Source: Trueperaceae bacterium
GTDB lineage: Bacteria > Deinococcota > Deinococci > Deinococcales > Trueperaceae
Length of the DNA stretch: 64,000 nucleotides
NCBI GenBank assembly: GCA_040905665.1
Contig: JBBDRD010000035.1
Coordinates: forward strand, 183,229-247,228
Direction of reading: 5' to 3'
Position 1 is the first letter of the stretch; every line of letters starts with the position of its first letter. The position numbers and the translations under genes are program-made. This document shows, piece by piece, positions 18,674 through 28,049 of the stretch. The notes beneath the pieces are model-generated. The model was not told the DNA's origin. It did no database searches and saw only the letters and a program-made list of their open reading frames with translations.

Positions 18674-18756
18674 GAGCAGCCCCGGAGCCTCGGAAGCTGC
18701 TCCGCATCGAAGATCTGGCCCATGCAATCCACCCTAAGAATGAATTACGCGTCGGT

Positions 18757-19235
18757 TCATACTTCAGCTCCCCCGCCCTCAAGCAGTCGCCGGTCGTAGC
18801 TGAACGGCTTTGCGTCGCCAATTGCCACACTTTGCGCGTCAGGATGCGCCGGATTGAACAGGTAGTTGAACTCTTGGCTGATCACCGCGCTGGGGACACG
18901 AAGCAACGATGAGGTCCCGCTCCGTACCCAGGCGTCCCCAACGCGCTGGGTAGCCGGGATGGTTTCCGGACCGGGAAAGCCAGTGGGCACACTTCGTTCG
19001 TGGACGACGGCAATGAGCGACTCGCCGAATACGACCGGGATCGCGTAATGTTGCGCGAGGGCCTGCTGGTGATCGAGGTGAGTGAGCAGTTCGAGGGCGG
19101 CCAGTGCCAGCGACCCACTCAGATAGACGACCGAAGTCCCCTTCGAATTCCAGCGACCCCCGGTGACGCGCGCTCCGTCGCCGCTGAAGGCACTCTCCCG
19201 CCAGCGACCGACTACCAGCCGCCAGCCCGTGATCC
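18757..19235 (-). CDS. RES-domain toxin (ParT/MbcT-like). It has no canonical start codon; 19235 is the first base after the upstream gene stop, and the open frame extends upstream to a TGA at ~19281.
   Basis: Own translation: ...WRLVVGRWRESAFSGDGARVTGGRWNSKGTSVVYLSGSLALAALELLTHLDHQ...LLRVPSAVISQEFNYLFNPAHPDAQSVAIGDAKPFSYDRRLL. The ORF track captures only the C-terminal 77 aa. Confidence 0.65.
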
Positions 19236-19685
19236 TCAGTAGAAGACACCGTGCTCTACGCGAAGCAGGAGATCCTCGACCTCTTGCGCCCCGATCTCGC
19301 TGGAGGCCATTTCAAAGGGCGTTCGGCCGGCGAAGGCCGAGCGTGGCCGAAGCATCCACTGTCGGGTAAGTGTCTCGTCGTCGAGCACCTCGTTGGCCAG
19401 CTTGTACAAGAGAGCAAGGCGGACAAGCCGTTCGCTGGCGTCCTGGTCCAGCGGCTTCTCGGCCTCCTTGCGGCGGGCGACAGTGCGGGTGGTGGTGTGG
19501 ATCGCGGTCGCCAACATTTCACGTGTTACCCCGATTTGAGAGCTGAATCGATCGAAAGCTCTGGCGGGCAAGCCTGCTTCAACCTGCTCCATGAGATCGA
19601 GGGGACCCCCGCGCACGCCGATAATCCTCTCCCAGGTGCTGCCGATGTCCGGTTCCGGTCGATATTCAAAAGTCTTGACCGCCAT
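19236..19685 (-). CDS. Xre-like antitoxin with a DUF2384 toxin-binding domain (ParS/MbcA-like); start at MAVKTFEYRPEP.
   Basis: Canonical partner of RES toxins; lies immediately upstream of the RES gene. Confidence 0.7.
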   Translation of the reverse strand: MAVKTFEYRPEPDIGSTWERIIGVRGGPLDLMEQVEAGLPARAFDRFSSQIGVTREMLATAIHTTTRTVARRKEAEKPLDQDASERLVRLALLYKLANEVLDDETLTRQWMLRPRSAFAGRTPFEMASSEIGAQEVEDLLLRVEHGVFY

Positions 19686-19862
19686 GTCGACCTCCGTCAC
19701 TTGTCCTGAGCATAGCAGACAATTGTCCCGTCCAGCCGTGGCCTGGCCAAAACACCGGATCGCAATCACCAGGTCGCAAGCCTAGTCGCCAGGCGCAGTA
19801 TGAAACTTGCCATTGACGCCCTGGACGCTCACCCCGTACGCTTCGGCCCTGAGGAGGAAAGC

Positions 19863-20216
19863 GTGAACCGTCTCGCCCTTTTTACTTTCGGGCTCTTCGT
19901 GCTAGTCCTGTCCGCCTGTGCACCGCAGCCCCAGGTGGAGAACAACGTCATTCCTACCCTCGTTTCTGCCACCGTCAACAACGACGTGGTGGTCCTGCAG
20001 GGCCGTTACTTCGGCGATGGCCAAGGGGGCGACGCAGAAGGCTCATACATCATCTTGGGCGCTAATTACAATGGCGCTGGTGGCGTTCGCGCCCCGGTCA
20101 CCTCCTGGGGCCCCAACCGCATCGAGGTCACAGTTCCAGCCGGGACCGGCTACGGCTACGCCTTCGTCTTCGTGGACCGAATTCGCTCGAACGGGCTTCC
20201 CGTCAACGCGAACTAG
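19863..20216 (+). CDS. Hypothetical lipoprotein; GTG start, signal peptide ending in the LSAC lipobox.
   Basis: VNRLALFTFGLFVLVLSACAPQ. Confidence 0.5.
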   Translation: MNRLALFTFGLFVLVLSACAPQPQVENNVIPTLVSATVNNDVVVLQGRYFGDGQGGDAEGSYIILGANYNGAGGVRAPVTSWGPNRIEVTVPAGTGYGYAFVFVDRIRSNGLPVNAN

Positions 20217-20344
20217 TTCCGCAGACCGCCATTGACGATTTGCGGGGTCGCTTTTGCGGCCCCACTTCAGTTGTAGTGACCCAGCGAGCGCGTCTCAACT
20301 CGTGGTTTTGCGACCCCTGATGGACCGGTGTACACTCATTCGTT

Positions 20345-21625
20345 ATGAGGCTTCAGGCCGTCAAGGGCACCCACGACATCCTCCCCGAACAGATTCCGTC
20401 ATGGCGATCGGTAAGGGACGCTGTCGCAAAAACACTCGAGCGGGCCGGCGTACACGAAATTTCCACTCCCATCTTCGAGCACAGTGAGGTGTTCACCAAA
20501 TCGGTTGGCGAGTCGGCCGACCTCGTGGTTCAGAAGGAGATGTACACCTTCGAGGACCGTGGGGGGCGATCGCTCACCTTGCGACCCGAGTTCACGGCAG
20601 GAGTCCTGCGCTCCTTCATAGAGAACGGGATGCATACCCGCCCTACGCCGGTGAAGCTCTGGAGCATCGGCCCTGTCTTTCGCGCCGAGAACGTGCAGCG
20701 CGGCCGCTTCCGGCAGTTTCATCAGGTCAACTGCGAAATCCTCGGACTCTCCGGCCCCCTGGTCGACGCCGAATCGATCGCCCTGCTGTATCGGAGCCTG
20801 GAAGCGTGCGGACTGGTGGGCCTCACAGTCAAACTCGGATCGGTTGGCGATCCGGAGGACAGAGCCGCCTACAACGATTATTTGCGTGGGGAGCTGGAGC
20901 CGCGCTCGGCCGACTTGAGCGAGACCAGTCGCACCCGCCTGGCCGTCAACCCGATGCGCATTCTGGACGCCAAGGATGAGCGAGATCAGGTGCTGATCGA
21001 GAATCTCAAGCGCCCCCTGGACTTTCTCGGCGAAGCGGCCAGGGAGCACTTCGAAGCCCTTCAGGGGTACCTCCGCGATTGGCGGATTCCGTTCGGCATC
21101 GATCCGGGCATAGTTCGAGGACTCGACTACTACCGGCGAACCGCCTTCGAGATACACCACGGGGGCATCGGCGCCCAGTCGGCGCTATGCGGCGGAGGAC
21201 GCTACGACGGCCTGATCGAGACTCTGGGCGGCCCCGCTACTCCCGGCATCGGCTGGGCTTTTGGCGTTGAGCGCGTGCTCGACGCGATGACGAAGAATGG
21301 GGTGCAATTGCCGAGTCCGGCAGCGCCCGACTTGTTCCTGGTGCCTCTCGACGATGAAGCGGTAGCAGAGGTGGCGCGAACTGCAGCCGGGCTTAGGGAC
21401 CGCTTCCATGTAGAGCACGCCTACGTGCGGCGCAACGTGGGCAAGGGGCTCCGCGACGCTAACCGGTCGGGGGCCCGATTCGCAGGACTGCGTGGGACAG
21501 AGGAACGAACGGCGGGCATCTACCGGATAAAGCAGCTGGCCAGTGGCGAGCAGCACGATATTCAAGAGGGCGAACTCGGGCGACTTCTGGCCGGCGAGCT
21601 TGCGGCGCCCTTAGAGAACCGGTAG
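20345..21625 (+). CDS. hisS: Histidine--tRNA ligase.
   Basis: Class II motifs; HisRS signature LRPEFTAGVLRSF...GGGRYDGL. Confidence 0.9.
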   Translation: MRLQAVKGTHDILPEQIPSWRSVRDAVAKTLERAGVHEISTPIFEHSEVFTKSVGESADLVVQKEMYTFEDRGGRSLTLRPEFTAGVLRSFIENGMHTRPTPVKLWSIGPVFRAENVQRGRFRQFHQVNCEILGLSGPLVDAESIALLYRSLEACGLVGLTVKLGSVGDPEDRAAYNDYLRGELEPRSADLSETSRTRLAVNPMRILDAKDERDQVLIENLKRPLDFLGEAAREHFEALQGYLRDWRIPFGIDPGIVRGLDYYRRTAFEIHHGGIGAQSALCGGGRYDGLIETLGGPATPGIGWAFGVERVLDAMTKNGVQLPSPAAPDLFLVPLDDEAVAEVARTAAGLRDRFHVEHAYVRRNVGKGLRDANRSGARFAGLRGTEERTAGIYRIKQLASGEQHDIQEGELGRLLAGELAAPLENR

Positions 21626-21678
21626 TGCGGCCGTCGGCTGCCGGCGTGGCAAGGCAGAACCACTAGGAGACTGACGAG

Positions 21679-23451
21679 ATGGAACGAACGCACGAGTGCG
21701 GCGCGCTGCGCGCCGAGCATCAAGGAAGCGCAGTCGTCTTAAAGGGTTGGGTCAATCGCCGGCGCGATTTGGGTGGGCTGATATTCCTCGACCTGCGTGA
21801 CCGTAGCGGCTTGGTTCAGGCGGTGGTCGAGCCGGACAACGCGCCGGCGTTCGCCGTGGCCGAGACGCTGCGCAGCGAATTCGTAGTCGACGTCCGTGGA
21901 ACTGTTCGCCTGCGGCCCGAGGGGCAGCGTAGCGAGCGCCTGGCCACCGGTGAGGTCGAGGTTCTCGTGGACGGCCTGGAACTTTTGGCCGAGTCGCGAA
22001 CTCCCCCCTTCCAACTCGACGGCAGCGTTGACGCCAACGAAGTGAACGAGGAGCTGCGCCTGCGTCACCGCTACCTCGACCTGCGACGCGTCGAGGCCGC
22101 CCGCCCGCTACTCCTACGCCACCGGGTTTCCAAGGCGATCTGGGACTATCTCGACGAGCGCGGCTTCGTTCAGGTGGAAACTCCTCTGCTCACACTTTCG
22201 ACGCCCGAGGGCGCGCGCGATTACCTGGTGCCGTCGCGGGAACAGCCGGGCAGTGTCTATGCGCTGCCACAGTCACCCCAGCTCTTCAAGCAGATGCTGA
22301 TGATCGCCGGCTTCGATCGCTACTTTCAGATCGCCCGCTGTTTTCGAGACGAGGACCTCCGGTCCGACCGGCAACCGGACTTCACCCAACTAGATGTCGA
22401 GATGAGCTTCGTCGACCAGGATGACGTGCTGTCGCTCAACGAGGGACTCATGGCCCAGGTGGTGAAGGAGGCTACGGGGCGGGAGCTGGTGACGCCCTTC
22501 CCGCGTATCTCCTACCGGGAAGCCATGGACCGCTACGGTTCCGACAAGCCCGACCTCCGCTTCGGCCTGGAGCTTATCGACGCAGGCGAGACTTTCAGGG
22601 GCAGCGACTTCAAGGCTTTCGCGGGAACGGTGGAGAGCGGAGGAACGGTCAAGGCGCTCGCCCTTAAAGCGGGACAGGCACAGGACCTCAGCCGAAAGCA
22701 CCTGGGCGAACTCGAGGAGCACGCGAAGCGTTACGGGGCCAAGGGTCTCGCCTGGCTGCGGCGTAGCGAAGATGGTTTTAGCGGGCCCATTGCTAAGTTC
22801 GTGGAGCGCGAGGCTGAGCAACTCATCGAATTGGCTCCGGACGGAGGCGATCTGCTCCTACTCCTCGGAGCCGACTGGAAAACCGCTTGCACTGCATTGG
22901 GCGCCGTAAGACTGGAACTGGCAGGGCGGTTGGGGCTGCGCGACGACGATGCGCTGGATTTCCTGTGGGTAGTCGATTTTCCTCTCCTCGAGCGTGACGA
23001 TGAGCGCGGCGAGTGGACCTACATGCATCACCCGTTTACGCAGCCAAGGGTTGAAGACCTGGAGCGACTCGAGAGCGACCCTGGTAGCGTTCGGGCCTGG
23101 GCCTACGACCTTGTCCTGAACGGCAATGAAGTGGGCGGAGGTTCACTGCGTATCCATAGGCTCGACGTCCAGGAGCGAATGTTCGCCGCCCTTGGCTTTA
23201 ACCGCGAGGAGGCGCAGCAGCGCTTCGGATTCTTCCTGGAGGCCCTCTCTTATGGCGCACCACCGCACGGCGGCATCGCTTGGGGACTCGACCGTCTGGT
23301 GATGCTGCTGGCCGGCGGCAAGAGCATTCGCGACGTCATCGCCTTCCCCAAGAATCAGCGAGGAGTCGATCCGCTTACAGGCGCGCCGGCCGCTGCCGAT
23401 CCGGCTCAACTGCGGGAGTTGGGCCTGGAGCTCCTCGGGGAGCCGGAGTGA
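21679..23451 (+). CDS. aspS: Aspartate--tRNA ligase (bacterial type).
   Basis: [47 protein letters not shown]; 590 aa. Confidence 0.9.
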   Translation: MERTHECGALRAEHQGSAVVLKGWVNRRRDLGGLIFLDLRDRSGLVQAVVEPDNAPAFAVAETLRSEFVVDVRGTVRLRPEGQRSERLATGEVEVLVDGLELLAESRTPPFQLDGSVDANEVNEELRLRHRYLDLRRVEAARPLLLRHRVSKAIWDYLDERGFVQVETPLLTLSTPEGARDYLVPSREQPGSVYALPQSPQLFKQMLMIAGFDRYFQIARCFRDEDLRSDRQPDFTQLDVEMSFVDQDDVLSLNEGLMAQVVKEATGRELVTPFPRISYREAMDRYGSDKPDLRFGLELIDAGETFRGSDFKAFAGTVESGGTVKALALKAGQAQDLSRKHLGELEEHAKRYGAKGLAWLRRSEDGFSGPIAKFVEREAEQLIELAPDGGDLLLLLGADWKTACTALGAVRLELAGRLGLRDDDALDFLWVVDFPLLERDDERGEWTYMHHPFTQPRVEDLERLESDPGSVRAWAYDLVLNGNEVGGGSLRIHRLDVQERMFAALGFNREEAQQRFGFFLEALSYGAPPHGGIAWGLDRLVMLLAGGKSIRDVIAFPKNQRGVDPLTGAPAAADPAQLRELGLELLGEPE

Positions 23452-24257
23452 TCCCGCTGGTGGTCCTCGACCTCGACGGCACCCTCATCGGTTCCGATGC
23501 CCAAGTACGCGACTGCGTGTGGGGGGCCGTCGAAAAGTTGCAGGCGGCGGGCATCAAGCTGTCCGTCTGCACCGGCCGGCCCGGCGCCGGGGTAGCCCTA
23601 AAGGTCGCCACGCGCTTGGGCCCGCGTAACGCCCACGTCTTCCAGAGTGGCGCCGTGATCTCGGATCCCACGGGCGATACCCTGCACGTTGCCGCCCTGC
23701 GGGAGTCGGTCGCGTTGCAACTGGTGGAGTATGCGCGGGAGCTCGGCTTTACACTTGAGCTCTATACGCCCACGACCCTCTATGTCGAACGCAGGACAAC
23801 CGTCAGTGAGGCCCACGCCAAGATGATCGGGGTCACCGCGCTGGTTCGTGACTTGCAGGAGGTGGCGCGCATCGAGCCGGTCGTCCGCGCACAGTGGGTC
23901 GTCTCGCACGAGGAGCGGCAGGTGGTCGAGCGACTACCCGTGAGGGGCGCCGAAATCTCCTCGGCCATCTCCCCCGCCCTGCCGGATACCGCCTTCGTGA
24001 GCGTCACTCGCGAGGGTGTATCCAAGGGGAGCGCTGTAAGGCTCCTGGCTCAAACACAGGGCGTCGACCTGAGCGACGTGATGGCCGTGGGGGACAGCGA
24101 GGGAGACATACCCATGCTCGAAGTAGTGGGACACCCGTTCGTCATGCCCCATGCCACCGAAGTCCTCCGCGACCGTTTCCCGGCTCTCTCCAAGGGAGTC
24201 GACGAGTGCGGGGTAGTCGCCGCGTTGGAGCAGGCGCTCGAGCAGCGCAGCGTTTGA
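23448..24257 (+). CDS. HAD-superfamily hydrolase, Cof-type (HAD-IIB) phosphatase.
   Basis: VVLDLDGTL motif I and [10 protein letters not shown] motif IV; GTG start overlapping the aspS stop. Confidence 0.75.
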   Translation: MIPLVVLDLDGTLIGSDAQVRDCVWGAVEKLQAAGIKLSVCTGRPGAGVALKVATRLGPRNAHVFQSGAVISDPTGDTLHVAALRESVALQLVEYARELGFTLELYTPTTLYVERRTTVSEAHAKMIGVTALVRDLQEVARIEPVVRAQWVVSHEERQVVERLPVRGAEISSAISPALPDTAFVSVTREGVSKGSAVRLLAQTQGVDLSDVMAVGDSEGDIPMLEVVGHPFVMPHATEVLRDRFPALSKGVDECGVVAALEQALEQRSV

Positions 24258-24297
24258 GGGCCGATGTCAGGCGCGGGCTCCGCGATACACTACCGCT

Positions 24298-25597
24298 CAT
24301 GCAAAGCGCCACCATCAGCGAACTCAGCCGTCACCCGGGCACCCGGGTAGAGATCTCCGGCTGGCTAACCGGACTCCGATCGAGCGGCAAAATAGCCTTC
24401 CTCCAACTGCGCGACGGCACCGGGTTCGTCCAGGGAGTCCTGGTTAGGAACGAAGTGGGCGAGGAGCTCTTCGAGCTGGCACGAAGCCTCACTCAGGAGA
24501 GCAGTGTGCGGGTCACGGGCGAGGTGCGTGAGGACACCAGGTCCCCGAGTGGCGTCGAACTGGGCGTCACAGGTATCGAGCTGGTATCTGCCTCGGTTGA
24601 CTATCCGATCACACCCAAAGAGCACGGAGTCGACTTCCTCATGGAGCGTCGGCACCTTTTTCTGCGCCACAAGGGTCCATGGGCCCTAATGCGGATACGG
24701 GATGAGCTCGAGCGCGCCATTCACGACTTTTTTGGCGAGCGCGACTTCGTGCGTTTCGACGCTCCCTTTTTCATGCCTACCGCGGTCGAGGGCACGACAA
24801 ACCTATTCGAGATCGACCTGTTTGGCGAGGACAAGGCCTACCTATCGCAATCGGGCCAGTTGTACGGGGAGGCCGGGGCGCTGGCGCTGGGCAAGATCTA
24901 CACCTTCGGACCTGCCTTCCGGGCAGAGAAGAGTAAGACCCGGCGTCACCTCCTCGAGTTCTGGATGGTGGAGCCAGAGGTTGCGTACCTGGAGCACGAT
25001 GGCAACGTGCGGCTGCAGATCGACCTGATCAGCTACCTGGTGGGGCGAGTTTTGGAGCGGCGGCGCGCCGAGCTGGACATGCTCGGCCGCGACGTCTCTA
25101 AGTTGGAACCCTCCGTTAACGGGGACTTCCCCCGCATCGGTTACGACGAGGCTCTGGAATTGTTGCGTTCGAAAGGGGAGCATCTTGAGTGGGGTGATGA
25201 CTTTGGCGCCCCCCACGAAACGATCCTGGGCGATTCATTCGATCGACCGGTTGTCATCGAAGCCTGGCCAACCGAGGCCAAGGCGTTCTATATGCAGCCG
25301 TTCGACGACGATCCGACGCGAGTGAAGAACAACGACATGATCGCGCCGGAGGGGTATGGCGAGATCATCGGCGGGTCACAGCGGATCCACGACCTGGCGC
25401 TGCTGGAGCGCCGAATTGCCGAGCACGAACTTCCGGCCGACGCGTTCGCCTGGTACCTGGACCTGAGGCGCTACGGAAGCGTGCCGCACTCCGGTTTCGG
25501 AATGGGCCTGGAGCGGGTGCTGGCCTGGATAACCGGGGCGCACCACCTGCGCGAGGTGATCCCTTTCCCACGCATGCTCACCCGTCTCTATCCCTGA
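24298..25597 (+). CDS. asnS: Asparagine--tRNA ligase (class IIb); an archaeal-type AspRS2 is less likely.
   Basis: [27 protein letters not shown] and [15 protein letters not shown]; 433 aa. Confidence 0.7.
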
Positions 25598-26152
25598 TCA
25601 GAGTGCAGACGGCACCGCCAGGTGCTCGAGGAAGACTCCTGTGGCCTCGCCGCCCAGCAGGTAGCGGATCTGGTCCACCCCATTGGCCAGCACCGTCTCC
25701 TCCACCGATCTCAGGAGGCGCGTCTCGCCCTCCACGGTGAGTGGCGCCCGACCCTGGGGACGGAAGTCGAGGATCGCCACATTTTGGCGTCCCACAGTCT
25801 CCACGAAGGCCTGGGGCACTGGCAGCGACTGCGGCCACTCCGTACCTAGCATTTCTTCTCTCAGCGCTCCCAGAATCGCCTGGAGCCGGGCGCCGGGCGC
25901 CTGCGGCAGAGCGACCTGAGCGAAGCTGGGGCTTTCCAGCCCGTTGGCATCAAAGCGCACCAAGCGGACTTCACGCGTTTCGAGATTCTGCTGTTCCGGC
26001 TGCCGGATCTCAATTTGCGCCGGGGCCGAGCGGCCATCGCTTCCACTGTTCAACAGGAAAAAGGCCGATGCCAGGACGACCAACAGCGCCAGCAGCGGCC
26101 CGGGCCTCAGGAGGGCCCGTTTCAGCAAGGGCCGAGGTAGGTGCAATTTCAC
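25598..26152 (-). CDS. GerMN-domain (GerM-like) secreted protein.
   Basis: Signal anchor then a GerMN-like region; co-directional 4-bp overlap with the upstream amidase. Confidence 0.55.
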   Translation of the reverse strand: MKLHLPRPLLKRALLRPGPLLALLVVLASAFFLLNSGSDGRSAPAQIEIRQPEQQNLETREVRLVRFDANGLESPSFAQVALPQAPGARLQAILGALREEMLGTEWPQSLPVPQAFVETVGRQNVAILDFRPQGRAPLTVEGETRLLRSVEETVLANGVDQIRYLLGGEATGVFLEHLAVPSAL

Positions 26153-27528
26153 CTAACCGACTCACGGCCTAACAGTAGTGTCGCGACGGCGTCGGCCAGG
26201 TCGTCTATCAGCGCTTCGTCGTCCGACTGTTGCCCTGTGATTTCGGCCGGCAGCTCGATCAGCAAACCACGGCCAGCCGAGCCTGCCAGCACTGCAAGCG
26301 GCGCCGGCTGCGGATCCGCCACGCTCAATCCACCTTGCGCGAAAAGCTCGCTCTGAAGGCCCTGGGCATAGCGCCGGCCCACTTCGATGTCGGGCACGAG
26401 GTTCAACAGCAGCCGGCGGCGAAGGTCATCCGTTGTATCCGCCAACTCCGTCTCGGCATTCTGGCGCACCGCCATGTCGAGGCCGGCGGCACCCGCTGCC
26501 TCCGCGAGATAGTAGACGGAGATGGCCCTGTCGGACGTAGGGTGTACGTGGATCGACAGGAACAGATCGGCTCCCATACCTCTACCGGAGCGGCTCGTAA
26601 GAGGCAGGTCATGGTCCTCGCTGCGGCTCAGCTCGACGCTCAATCCGCGCTGCCTAAGCGCCTGAGCGAGCCGGTCACTGACCTCCAGTGTGCGGTCGCT
26701 TTCACTGCTACCCGCAAGTGACATGCCAAGGTCGTCTCCACCGTGAGCTGCATCTATCACCACTCGCGGGGCCGAAGCCGTCCCTAGGGCCTCCTCGACC
26801 TCCGCGAACAAGTCGATGACGAGTTGATAGCCGCGCCCGTCAGGCACCGTATAGGTGCTGAAGTCGACTCCCTCCTCGAGAGAGACGCGAATCTCGGCTC
26901 CTCCGCGAGAACTCAAGGCCGCCGCCCGCGTGAAGAAGCGTCCATCCTCGACTGCGCCCACGCCTGCCGTATCGGTTCTGTCGAAATGCAGCTCGAGCGC
27001 GTTAAGCGGCTCGTTGTAGTAGACGAGGTAGGGCACGTTGGCGCCAAGGGTGATTACCAGGCGGTCGGAGTTGCCGCGCCTCACTGCTTCCAGGTCGACC
27101 ATTCGACCGCGGGGCAGCACGACCATTACTCGTTCCCGATCGGGGACATAGGTGGTGTAGCCCAAAAAGGCTTGCGCGACGGCGCTCACTGGCAAGAAGA
27201 GCTGGCCCTCGTCGAATACGGCTCCACGTCCTTCTCGTTGGACGCCATTGACGTGCCAACTTCCTGCGGGCCCGCCAGCTCCACCGGGCTGGTTAAAGGT
27301 GGGGAGCACTACCAGCCGCCCCCCCAGCTCGAGACTCACCAGGCCTGAGCTGTAGTCGATCGTCATACGAGCGCCCAGCGCCTCGGACAAGGGACGTGCC
27401 GGCGCGTACGAGACGCCGTCAACCAGGGAAAGTGTGAGTCCAGCTACCTCGCGGCCATTGACGCTCAGCGTCTGAGCGCCGGCCAGCCCGATGACCAGTG
27501 TCAAAAGAAGGAGGCCTAGGCATCTCAT
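26149..27528 (-). CDS. N-acetylmuramoyl-L-alanine amidase (Amidase_3, AmiC-like).
   Basis: VVIDAAHGGDDLG and DLFLSIHVH catalytic motifs; N-terminal signal peptide. Confidence 0.8.
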   Translation of the reverse strand: MRCLGLLLLTLVIGLAGAQTLSVNGREVAGLTLSLVDGVSYAPARPLSEALGARMTIDYSSGLVSLELGGRLVVLPTFNQPGGAGGPAGSWHVNGVQREGRGAVFDEGQLFLPVSAVAQAFLGYTTYVPDRERVMVVLPRGRMVDLEAVRRGNSDRLVITLGANVPYLVYYNEPLNALELHFDRTDTAGVGAVEDGRFFTRAAALSSRGGAEIRVSLEEGVDFSTYTVPDGRGYQLVIDLFAEVEEALGTASAPRVVIDAAHGGDDLGMSLAGSSESDRTLEVSDRLAQALRQRGLSVELSRSEDHDLPLTSRSGRGMGADLFLSIHVHPTSDRAISVYYLAEAAGAAGLDMAVRQNAETELADTTDDLRRRLLLNLVPDIEVGRRYAQGLQSELFAQGGLSVADPQPAPLAVLAGSAGRGLLIELPAEITGQQSDDEALIDDLADAVATLLLGRESVR

Positions 27529-27959
27529 CTTTCTGAAAGTGCCCGGTCGATCTGCCGCTTGGCATCCTTTTCGGCCTGTTGCCGACGTTTGTCGTGTAGT
27601 TTTTTGCCCCGCGCCAACGCCAGGACCAACTTTGCCCAGCCGTCCTTGAAGTACAGCTTGGTCGGGACGAGTGTTAGCCCCTTACGCTCCAGCCCGCGTT
27701 TGACCTGTTCGATCTCACTCCGCTTGAGTAGCAGCTTTCGGCTCCGCACGGGATCATGGTTGTTGTAAGAAGCATCCTTGTAGGGCTGGATATTCATCCC
27801 TTCCAGATACACCTCGCTGCCCCGCACGCGAGCGTAGGCCTCGGCGATCGAGCCTCCCCCGGAGCGCAACGATTTCACTTCGGAGCCGGTAAGCGCAATA
27901 CCGGCCTCGAACGTCTCGAGAAATTCATAATCGAAGCTGGCGCGGCGGTTTTGAAGCAT
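27525..27959 (-). CDS. smpB: SsrA-binding protein SmpB.
   Basis: NRRASFDYEFLETFEAGIALTGSEVKSLR matches across the full length. Confidence 0.9.
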   Translation of the reverse strand: MLQNRRASFDYEFLETFEAGIALTGSEVKSLRSGGGSIAEAYARVRGSEVYLEGMNIQPYKDASYNNHDPVRSRKLLLKRSEIEQVKRGLERKGLTLVPTKLYFKDGWAKLVLALARGKKLHDKRRQQAEKDAKRQIDRALSER

Positions 27960-28049
27960 ATCTGCACTATCTCCCTATACTCTCTCCCGGTCACTACTCT
28001 ACCGTGCCGCCCACCCTGCCGATCTCCCCATTCTCGACATGCCACGGCA

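Larger units (their letters stand above)
8150..19790. mobile_element. Putative integrated island: copZ-csoR, eight TA loci including remnants, GNAT, methyltransferase, hypothetical cargo and a tyrosine integrase. Boundaries are approximate.
   Basis: Integrase, clustered addiction modules, pseudogenised duplicates and AT-richer patches (8150-8400, 16180-16340). Flanked by housekeeping birA on the left and a lipoprotein then hisS on the right. Confidence 0.45.

Noticed and set aside
20244-20312. Inverted repeats GGGGTCGC ... GCGACCCC between the lipoprotein and hisS, considered as a possible att site or terminator.
   Set aside because: They can be explained as a simple terminator-like hairpin for the lipoprotein gene. 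No matching direct repeat was found at the other island edge.
23280-23447. Long N-terminal extensions of the HAD ORF (start 23280) and the asnS ORF (start 23894) in the ORF track.
   Set aside because: The extensions overlap the upstream aspS and HAD genes in other frames and are Arg/Gly-rich. Conserved N-termini ([12 protein letters not shown] and MQSATISEL) mark the true starts.
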